From the IMG/VR virus record IMGVR_UViG_3300043444_000140, positions 1 to 64,000 of that record: 64,000 nucleotides of DNA. One strand, 5' to 3'. Positions 19,145-27,460 of this stretch are shown in pieces. Source of the DNA: a virus. Position 1 is the first letter of the stretch, and each line of letters begins with the position of its first letter. The translations under genes were made by a program, and so were the position numbers. The notes beneath the pieces are model-generated. The model had not been told where the DNA came from. It did not search any database and saw only the letters and a list, made by a program, of their open reading frames with translations.

Positions 19145-21704
19145 AGTTATCCTTTCTTAGATACTTACATTATAGGGTGAGCCACCGACATTATAGGTGC
19201 TCGGCGATAGCCTTACGCTTGTTAGACTGACGGCTACCCTTGCGAGTAGCAGGTGTTTCTACTAGGTGTGGTGATAGCATTAGCGAACGGAATAGTTCGG
19301 CTGAGTGTGCCTTGCGGATAGCGTTGTTGATTTTGCTCATTGGCTTCTTTGTTTTCTTCATAGGATTATTATACAGGACACCTCAGACATTTAGGGGATT
19401 TGTTTCGGCGTGTCTTAATTTGATTCGTAAATGATTGGGCAGGAGGGGGAGGGTCGATCCCCGAAGGGATGGGACTAGAAGTCATCTCCATAGTAGCCGT
19501 AGTCCTCGTCAGTTCCCCAACCAGCAGAGGCTAGGGCATCGCCATCCATCCAGTCGCCATCCTCCTCAAAGGTGTCCTCCACCTCTGGGCAGTCGTTCTG
19601 GTCGTGTCCGCAGCAAGGGTAGTCTTCGCACATAGTTTTCCTTTCGTTGATAAAGCAATACTAACAGACGCTACCGACATTTTGGGGAAGATCTTTAGCG
19701 TGTCTTAATTTGATCTGGATCCTGGATCGGATCGACCCCGAAGGGTCTAGAATGGTGGAGCGTTGTCTGCTTCGCCCTGGCGGTATCCCCAGGTCTTGCC
19801 TAGGCGGTATGCGAAATAAACCAACACAATGTCAATCAAAAGATTGAAGCCGTTATAGAACATCATCAGTATCCTGCTTTCTCAAAAATTGCCAGTAGTT
19901 CTTCAAGGGTTGATTCTGGTAAAGCGTCAATCGCTTCTTCGTTGATTACATTCTCAAACATTTTCTTCAACTGCCTTTCTCTGGTAGTAGTCAATCCAAG
20001 AAACGATTTCTTCTCTTGGAACCATTCCCCAAACCATAGCGTCAAGGTATGATTGGAAATAAGGTGAGCGTTCGTCAACAGCGTCTTCGGCAGGGGTGTT
20101 GCGGTTGTAGTGAGCAAGGGCAAGAGCCTTGAATTGCTGTTCTAGTTCATACTTGTTCATTGTATGCCTTTCTTTGTTTGATAAGACTATTATAGAGTGA
20201 GCCACCGACATTTATTTTTCGGGGATTACAAAATGCTCATAAGCAAACTCAACATACTCTTTGTGGTAAAAGGTATCAAAAATAGTTAGCAGGTTGCCAA
20301 TACGGAATAGGCGAGGGTCGCCGTTAGGGTCATCAGTGCTTCCCGAGATACCTGCCAACTCAATTTCTTTCATTAGGTCTAGGATTTCGGTTTTTAGTGC
20401 TTCTAGTTTTTCGTTCATAGGATAATTATACAGACAGCCACCGACATTGATTGGCAAGACACGCCGATCTTTTGGGAAATTTTTTGGGAGATTTTTAATG
20501 CGGTACGTAAAGTCCATGGCAGGCGGTCGATCCGATCATCGACCCGATCCACCGACATTTGTCAAGTCGGTTTCTCGGCGTGTCGCTAGAACGGCGGTTG
20601 CAAACTTTCGTTTTCTTCTTCTAGTTCCCGAATGTTTTTTAGCAACACTACAACGGTAGCAGTTAGGCTTAGAACCATTACCAAACTAGCGAGAGCGAAG
20701 ATTGAGAAAATCAAAAATGTTTCGTTCATTAGTTGCCTGCCTTGTCTGCGAATACTGCGTCAATAAAACGCTGGTGAGAAAATCTTGGGTTGTCGTTCTC
20801 AAACATCTGTGCGAACTTGTCCGCAATGTCTGCGAGAATGATGAAGTCAATTTCATCAACCTTGCTGTTTAGAATGTTTGCGGTTTCTACGTAGTCTTTG
20901 CGTGTCATCATTTTTCTGTCCTTTGCTTGTTTTTGATTTTATTTTACTTTATGCCACAGACATTTTGTGGTCTGCGGTAAAGGTGAAGTAGCCCTCAAAG
21001 CGTGGGCTTGGGATTTTGTGAAGAAACTCTGGCTTGTCCCAAATGTTCTTGGCAATCAAGCCGAGTTCGCCACAAGTTGGGCAAGGGGTTAGTTCGTTAT
21101 CTGGATACATTTTCATTTCCTGTTCTTTGTTTGTTAGTTCTATCTTAGGGGAAGCCACCGACATTTTAGCGGTAGCCGTGTCCTAGGTAGTCTGCCCATT
21201 CGTTAGGGTCAAGTTCTAGGTAAGTGATAGCAGAACCCAAAGGCATCAAGCCCTTGTAGTCATTACACTCGTGGCAGACAAAAGTTCCGTTCTCGAAAAC
21301 GGTCTCACAAAATACACACATTAGTTTCATAGTTTTCCTTTCTTGATAATTCTATTTTAGACTAAGCCACCGACATTTAGACTTTGCCACCCATTGACTT
21401 GACTACTCGCATTAGCAAAGTGAGTTCACGCTCAAACTTTGGGTCTAGGTCTTGGTCAGCGTCAAGGGTAGCCATAGCAATTTCCACCATAGCGTTGTAT
21501 TCTGCTTGGAGGGTTGGGAGGTCCATTGGAGTCTTGTTCATTAGTTTACCTTTCTTTCTACTCTTATTATGGCATAGCCCACCGACATTTTAAGGACATT
21601 TTGGGGTGTTTTGGAAAAGATTAACTAGGTTAACATTTCCTGTGAATTTGATCGTTTTTGCATCTCGGGCGTGTCGGGGATCCGATCTTAAGCGTCTTAA
21701 AAAG

Positions 21705-21725
21705 TTATCCACAGAGTTATCCACA
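21705..21725 (+). promoter_or_regulatory. Pair of perfect DnaA boxes
   Basis: TTATCCACA at 21705 and 21717. Confidence 0.75.
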
Positions 21726-22227
21726 GGATCGACACAGATCCAGGCGGATGTCAAGACGACACGCCGATTAGCAGTGGATTTCTAGAATCTCTGCTATCTC
21801 TGAGGCGGTACGAGCGTACACCTCTTCATTACACTCAGGGCAGTAGCCTGAGTAGAAGCGGTCATCCCAGTGTAGAGGGACAATCTGACCATTGGTTAGT
21901 GAAACAATCATTCTGTTTCCTTTCTTTTATCTTGTTATTATCTTAGCATTAGGGGCGGACACTCGGTTAGTTTTTTGCTAACCAAGCAACGCAACCTTCG
22001 CAGGTCTTTACATTTTCTTCATAGATGTTGCCTTCGCAAACATCGCAGTGAGTGAACGGAATGTATAGAACCTTTCCGTTGTAGTATACCTTTTTTCCTT
22101 TTTTTAGTTCAGTCATTTTGACTTCCTTTCTTTTATCTATATATATCTAAACACATACCACCGACATTGTCAACCCGACACGCCGTGTTTTGGGGGAAAT
22201 TTTTTAAGCGTTATAAATCTGTTATAT

Positions 22228-22243
22228 TCGAACATCTGTTCGG
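22228..22243. promoter_or_regulatory. LexA (SOS) box
   Basis: TCGAAC-ATCT-GTTCGG vs actinobacterial TCGAAC-N4-GTTCGA. Confidence 0.7.
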
Positions 22244-23868
22244 ATCATCGACGCACTCGGGCGTGTCGGATCTCGGGCGTGTCGCTAACGTGTCTTGGTT
22301 AGCATTAGGGTCAAGTAGCGGTCCTGATTTTCTTTTGATAGCGTTGCCCAAGCCTTGCGGTCAAGGTAACGCTGTCCATTGCGAATTTCAGGGGTAGCGA
22401 ATACGATAGCGTTAGCCCAAGCCATGAAAGCCTTTTCGCTTCGGGTCATTCTTGCTTTTCTCATTAGTTAGCCTTTCTTAGTAGTTTTATTTTAGCCTAG
22501 CCCACCGACATTAATCAAGGGGCTTGCGTAGTCCTTGTTCCAGGAAGCGGTCAAAGTGCATTTTCTTTTCTGCCATAGCAGATACAAACTTTACACCGTT
22601 AGCCTTAGCGAAGAAGTCAATTGCAGGGTGTCCATACCAAGCAACCTGCACACCACGATAGACAGTGCCGTCCTCGGTCTTACCCGATACTACCCATTCA
22701 ATTCCTTTTGACATTAGTTGTCCTTTCTTTCTATTACTAACTTAGCAGGTGCTACCGACATTTATTAGATGTCGCAACCAATGCTAGCGTGGCAGTAGAT
22801 ACAAACCTCTTCGCCACAGCGTCCGCATTCGTCCTGTGGAGTGTGAGTATCGCAGATGTCGCAGTAGCCTAGGTCTTCTGCGTAGTATTCTTTTTGAGTG
22901 TTCATCTTGAACCTTTCTTTCTTTATCTACTATTACATTAGCACCCCCCACCGACATTTAAGTGTAAGACACGCCAATAAAATGGGGAAATTTATAACGT
23001 TCTTATAACGCCCCTGGATCCCTTATAAACAAAGGGCTGTAGAGGGGATCGACCCCCTTTCGGGGATCTTGTCAAGTCCTTACATCAACTTGTCTAGTAG
23101 GCGAGAAAACTGAGGGTAGAAAGCAAGGATTACAGCAAGCACAAAGCCAATCTGTGAACCAATAAAAAAGGTTTCACTAATTGTTTGGCTAGGCTCTGCC
23201 CCTAGCAGTAGCAGGGTAAGGTATAGGAACACATACGCACCAGCAACAAACGGAATAGATACAATGCCAAGGATTGCTCTACGGATTACATACTTCATTA
23301 TTATTTCCCTTCTTGTGAAAAGTCTACATCATCAATGAGCATTATGTCAATAAGCCCAATTAGGTATTCTAGTTCTTGAGTGTCCATTATTGATTAATTA
23401 AGATTACTAACGTTATAGCAATTATAAGCAGGGCTACAGACATTTAGATGATAGCCCATCCTGTTATCTGTCCTTTTTCATACATAGACTTGTAGAACTT
23501 TAGGACCTCTGCCTTGTGCTGTGGGTCATATGAGGGGTAGATTGTGGTACCGTCCTTGAGGATGATTTCTAGGTTCATGAGTGTTACCTTTCTTAGTTGT
23601 TATTAGTGTACAGTAGGGGTCAGACATTGAGTCTAGTGAATCTCACCATACTCTGACCAGCAGATTTCACAACCATACTCGCCAGCCTCCTTTACGAAGA
23701 CCTTTTCTACTACTACATCACATAGTTCACAAACTGAAAACATTTGTTACCTTTCTTTCTTTTATCTATTTATCTTTATATATATATCTAACCATAGACC
23801 ACTGACAAAGTCAAGACGACACGCCGATGATCTGGGAAATATTTTAACCCGTTATAAGATCGTTATAT

Positions 23869-23884
23869 TAGAACAAATGTTCGA
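23869..23884. promoter_or_regulatory. LexA (SOS) box between divergent promoters
   Basis: TAGAAC-AAAT-GTTCGA. Confidence 0.7.
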
Positions 23885-23988
23885 ATGCGTCGATGTCGTT
23901 ATCAATTCGTTATCAAACAATGGCGTGTCGCTATACAAATGTCTGTCGGGTGTGCTAATGTATTTATATCAAGAGATAAGGACAGAAG

Positions 23989-24255
23989 ATGTTTGTAGCA
24001 GAGATTTTCAACGTAGTAGTTGTAGAAGAAGTAGAAGATGGCGAAGTGTATGAATACACTCGCATTGAAGATGATTTCTCAATGTTTTTCGACATCAAGG
24101 CAGATGCAGAGATGTGGCTTGCAACTGCACCACAAACTGAAAAGCACCTAATGGAAGTGCAAAGCACTTGCGGTTGCCTAGAAGATGGCGACAAGGTTGA
24201 ATTGGTTATGAACTTTGGCGACCACGCTGTTGCTTACTGCCACCCTTGCTCATAG
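23989..24255 (+). CDS. Hypothetical acidic protein
   Basis: Rightward AATGTC promoter at 23938, AAGGA RBS. Confidence 0.65.
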   Translation: MFVAEIFNVVVVEEVEDGEVYEYTRIEDDFSMFFDIKADAEMWLATAPQTEKHLMEVQSTCGCLEDGDKVELVMNFGDHAVAYCHPCS

Positions 24256-24308
24256 GCAATTGTCGGCGGTATCAACTAAAATAAAAGCAATTAGAGATAG
24301 GAAATAGA

Positions 24309-24398
24309 ATGAACGGATACACTTATGACGAGCAGTTTGACACTAGCGACAGCACTTGCCCAGACTGCTACAAGTCTTATTCGCAATGCGATTGCTAG
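24309..24398 (+). CDS. 29-aa Zn-finger micropeptide
   Basis: MNGYTYDEQFDTSDSTCPDCYKSYSQCDC; own promoter and AGGA RBS. Confidence 0.55.
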   Translation: MNGYTYDEQFDTSDSTCPDCYKSYSQCDC

Positions 24399-24581
24399 GG
24401 GGCACTACCCCTATCAGTCTTTTTATTCTTGATGGGGGCACCAGGGGATCCCTGATCACTTGACAATGTGTGCTCACTATGTTATTATGTTATATTTTTG
24501 TAGAGCCTGTATCATACATCTTTACAAAATATTCAGATTTTTGTCAATTTGAAAATTTTTTCAGATTTGCCAGATATGAAT

Positions 24582-24608
24582 GTAACATTTTGGTAACGAT
24601 TTGGTTAA
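24582..24608 (+). promoter_or_regulatory. 11-bp-period RTAAC direct repeats (MtrA/GlnR-type box)
   Basis: GTAACATT-TTG-GTAACGAT-TTG-GTTAA. Confidence 0.5.
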
Positions 24609-24712
24609 TTTTCTATATTTGTATCACTACACTGATACATTTATAGCATTTGCGTAAGATTTGCATACATTCGGCGGTACACTGTAAACAATTTGTACGC
24701 TATAATATAGTT

Positions 24713-24787
24713 ATGAGCATCCAAGAAGTCCCAACAGACATTAAAAAAGAATGCAAGTGTGAAAACTGTAACTGTAGAAACAACTAG
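24713..24787 (+). CDS. Metallothionein-like micropeptide 1 (24 aa)
   Basis: MSIQEVPTDIKKECKCENCNCRNN; TATAAT-6nt-ATG. Confidence 0.55.
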   Translation: MSIQEVPTDIKKECKCENCNCRNN

Positions 24788-24800
24788 GAGGTGTCTTGAT

Positions 24801-24872
24801 ATGTGCGATAACGTAAACTGCTCTATGGGAGAATCTTGCAAGTGTGAAAACTGCAAGTGCGGTAAGAACTAA
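24801..24872 (+). CDS. Metallothionein-like micropeptide 2 (23 aa, 6 Cys)
   Basis: MCDNVNCSMGESCKCENCKCGKN; AGGAGGTG RBS. Confidence 0.6.
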   Translation: MCDNVNCSMGESCKCENCKCGKN

Positions 24873-25017
24873 GTTCCAATAAGGAATTTAACTGTGGACA
24901 TAAAGATCCACATCCATGTAATGCATCCGACGATGCCAAATAAAACATATTTTAATTTTTTCATACTAGCCTTCTATAAAAGTTTGGCGGTATAACAAGA
25001 GCCACAGGCTCTCTTGA

Positions 25018-25227
25018 TCACCATTTGCCCATAGGACATTTAGCACGACCTAGTGTAGTCTTCAACTTCATATAACATCCACACTGTCTGCATCTCGCTG
25101 ATCGCTTATTAAACCAAGGACACTCGTTACATATGGCGAGACGCTTCTCAATAAGTTCTCTATCGGACCTTTCCTCTGATGGGTCAAATAGATCAAAGAA
25201 GGTAACGTCCTTTGCAGGTTCTCTCAC
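25018..25227 (-). CDS. Small Cys-rich protein (DUF6171-like), copy 1
   Basis: R..IC..CP.F......C..CGC.M..KT.....CP..KW. Confidence 0.7.
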   Translation of the reverse strand: MREPAKDVTFFDLFDPSEERSDRELIEKRLAICNECPWFNKRSARCRQCGCYMKLKTTLGRAKCPMGKW

Positions 25228-25994
25228 CAGTTCATCTCCTCATTATATGTAACGGAATACTCACCACCAAAGATTTCGGCGTATGAGATTATATCCTTGT
25301 TATATTTTACCACAGTGTTCTTACCAACACGGTCGGATAAATACTTAATACCTGTCGTAAGGGGCAAATGTGATAAACCGAGGCTATCCAATGTACCGTT
25401 CATTTTTTCGATATACCTGGCTTTTCCCAAACGCTTGGATACAAATCCCTGTGTTGGATATTTTTCTTCAAGTTCTACGAGAAGATTGGAGATTTCTTCC
25501 GTAGGCTCGAAAACAAGATCAAGTTCGAGATGTCGCATCCGTTCCCACCAAGTTTTCATGTTTACGCCGTAACTTACAAGATTCTTATAGGTAGAATCGG
25601 CATAGGACATGTATGCTTGGGTTTGTTCGGATGTGGTTACTCTTGTTGCGAACGAAATTAAAAACGCCGTAGCGAAAGGATACTTATCCGTATATTTAGT
25701 TATGCCGAAATGCACATTCGGATTGAAAGACTTTGACGACATGTTATCCCCCGAACTTAAACGCTGGTGGTTCCCGATCGAAACAAAATCCGAAGTGTTC
25801 ATGTCGCAGTCTACAAACAAGCACTCTTTCGGGTCTACGCCGTCCGCTAGGACCATAACGTTCTTGTCGTAGGTTCCAACCACCACCGAACCGTTAAACG
25901 CCTCCAGGAGCCTTGCAGAGGTGAATCCGTCGATGTCGGGTGAAACGATTATTTTATTAGAATGATCAAGAGTTGAGAGAATACTGTTTTTCAT
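25224..25994 (-). CDS. DHH-phosphoesterase-like protein
   Basis: SPDIDG, FVDCD, GNH resemble DHH motifs I-III. Confidence 0.45.
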   Translation of the reverse strand: MKNSILSTLDHSNKIIVSPDIDGFTSARLLEAFNGSVVVGTYDKNVMVLADGVDPKECLFVDCDMNTSDFVSIGNHQRLSSGDNMSSKSFNPNVHFGITKYTDKYPFATAFLISFATRVTTSEQTQAYMSYADSTYKNLVSYGVNMKTWWERMRHLELDLVFEPTEEISNLLVELEEKYPTQGFVSKRLGKARYIEKMNGTLDSLGLSHLPLTTGIKYLSDRVGKNTVVKYNKDIISYAEIFGGEYSVTYNEEMNW

Positions 25995-26022
25995 TTTAAA
26001 AGCCCTTTATAATTAAAATACT

Positions 26023-26325
26023 ATGTCTTTAGAAGCAATGATTGGAACCCTAGTAGGTATATCTGCAATCATATCATCATCAGCCCTTGGTGTCAAGTGG
26101 CTAGTCAAACATTATTTTGATGACATCAGGCATGAACTAAAACCTAATGGAGGATCAAGCCTAAAGGATCAGGTTAACAGACTAGAAAAAGATATGCAAG
26201 AAGCAGAACAAACTCGTAGGGAAATGAATCAAAAAATAGATCACATGTATGAAGTTTTGCTAGATTATATTGCTAAGAACCAAAGACCTGCAACCCCATC
26301 AAGGTCTAAAAAACTCGAAAAGTGA
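26023..26325 (+). CDS. Membrane-anchored coiled-coil protein (holin-like)
   Basis: N-terminal TM helix, ELKPNGGSSLKD motif, coiled coil. Confidence 0.6.
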   Translation: MSLEAMIGTLVGISAIISSSALGVKWLVKHYFDDIRHELKPNGGSSLKDQVNRLEKDMQEAEQTRREMNQKIDHMYEVLLDYIAKNQRPATPSRSKKLEK

Positions 26326-26450
26326 TTATTATTATTATTATATATATAATATATACTATAGTTTTTATATCTTAATATCTTTTATCTTTATATCTCTTAT
26401 ATATATAGATATATTATACATAGAAATCCACCTTGTCAAGTCTTTTTTAT

Positions 26451-26488
26451 GTAAATTCTTTGTAACAATTTGTTAACATTCACGAAAC
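26451..26488 (+). promoter_or_regulatory. Four 11-bp-period repeats (MtrA/GlnR-type box)
   Basis: GTAAA-n6-GTAAC-n6-TTAAC-n6-GAAAC, just upstream of TGATATAAT. Confidence 0.5.
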
Positions 26489-26513
26489 AATCAAAATATG
26501 ATATAATTTTATT

Positions 26514-26565
26514 ACTAGTACCCAGGGTTGTCTCTCATACCCACCACCTTGGGTACTAGTTTTTT
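26514..26565 (+). ncRNA. Candidate ~52-nt single-hairpin sRNA
   Basis: TGATATAAT promoter, 14-bp stem ACTAGTACCCAGGG/CCTTGGGTACTAGT, C/U-rich loop, U-tract. Confidence 0.5.
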
Positions 26566-26587
26566 ATTATGATGTTATAATTAGTCT

Positions 26588-26959
26588 ATGACTATGCAAG
26601 ATCAATTTGGGCAGAAGCCTATTAGTTTGAAGTGGAACGTTGTTCGTGGTGATACCGCCAAACTTCGTGTCGAATTCCTTGAGAACGACGAAGTAACATA
26701 CTTTGATATCTCTGATTGGACATTTGCTTCTTCAGCATATGATAGCAAGGGAGATGCTGTTGACGAACTTGACGTAACTATCGGTGATGGATATGTTGAC
26801 ATTATAGCAGCGTCTGACATTACAGAAAACTGGGGAGTAGGATTCTCTTCGGTAGTTGCAGAACTAGCGTTTGATCTTGAAATAACTATTGGTAATGACA
26901 TCTGGACACCAATTATTGGAACCATCGTTGTATCGGCTGATATAACTGGAGGACTCTAA
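26588..26959 (+). CDS. Virion beta-sandwich protein (RGDT paralog 1)
   Basis: WNVVRGDT shared with 27079 and 31703. Confidence 0.6.
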   Translation: MTMQDQFGQKPISLKWNVVRGDTAKLRVEFLENDEVTYFDISDWTFASSAYDSKGDAVDELDVTIGDGYVDIIAASDITENWGVGFSSVVAELAFDLEITIGNDIWTPIIGTIVVSADITGGL

Positions 26960-27078
26960 TGGCTGTTATTAAAATATCTAGCCCAAGACCAGAATTGCCA
27001 CCAGTTATCCGTATTGGTCAAAAAATTTATAAGACAAACAAGTAACGTTTGTAGTGTATAATAATCTTTGGAGGAATT

Positions 27079-27459
27079 ATGGCATACCCTGGCTCATACA
27101 ACATTAACTACTATAGAGGAGATACTCTAGAGTTTAGAATTTACCCTAAAAATGCAAATGGAGAAACATTCTCTCTATCTGGATTTAGCACTGCTAAGTT
27201 TTGGATTCAGACACAAAGAGGTAACGCAGGATACGCTAGCAAGATTGAATGCCTAGCGTCAATTTCTTCAGACTATTCGTATGTGCTATGTGTTATTCCT
27301 CCAACAACAGAGGCAGGTTTGGCTCTTACAGCAGGAACCAACTATGTTTACGACGTTGAGGTATCTAAGACCGTTCCAGGATCTTACAACCTAGTGCACA
27401 CACTACTAACTGGAACCGTGTCTGTTACAGACCACGTAGCAGGATCGGTGGCTCCATAG
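27079..27459 (+). CDS. Virion beta-sandwich protein (RGDT paralog 2)
   Basis: YYRGDT...YVYDVEV...LLTG; GGAGG RBS. Confidence 0.6.
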   Translation: MAYPGSYNINYYRGDTLEFRIYPKNANGETFSLSGFSTAKFWIQTQRGNAGYASKIECLASISSDYSYVLCVIPPTTEAGLALTAGTNYVYDVEVSKTVPGSYNLVHTLLTGTVSVTDHVAGSVAP

Positions 27460-27460
27460 T

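Larger units (their letters stand above)
19190..23800 (-). other. Array of ~20 leftward micro-genes, most with their own promoter and RBS (e.g. 19475..19633, 20729..20911, 21166..21330, 21768..21911, 21967..22116, 22511..22714, 22765..22905, 23080..23298, 23633..23743)
   Basis: AATGTC-N12-TAnnnT promoter, AGAAAGG RBS, ATG; many CxxC peptides. Confidence 0.7.
12874..24283. promoter_or_regulatory. ~28 copies of AATGTC-N12-TAnnnT promoter (26 leftward, 2 rightward)
   Basis: GACATT on + at 12892, 13408, 13841, 15718, 15996, 16668, 17120, 18067, 18511, 19187, 19386, 19676, 20207, 20443, 20959, 21160, 21372, 21584, 22163, 22507, 22757, 22953, 23439, 23623; variants 21958, 23804; rightward at 23938 and ~24260. 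Confidence 0.85.

Noticed and set aside
8340-24460. CRISPR array or integron interpretation of the repeats
   Set aside because: Repeats are degenerate, irregularly spaced and separated by whole genes; no cas or integrase in the window and no attC-like long palindromes
24468-24495. dif-like Xer site (TTATGTTATAT arm)
   Set aside because: The left arm only aligns with a 5-bp spacer instead of 6; AT-rich context makes chance likely
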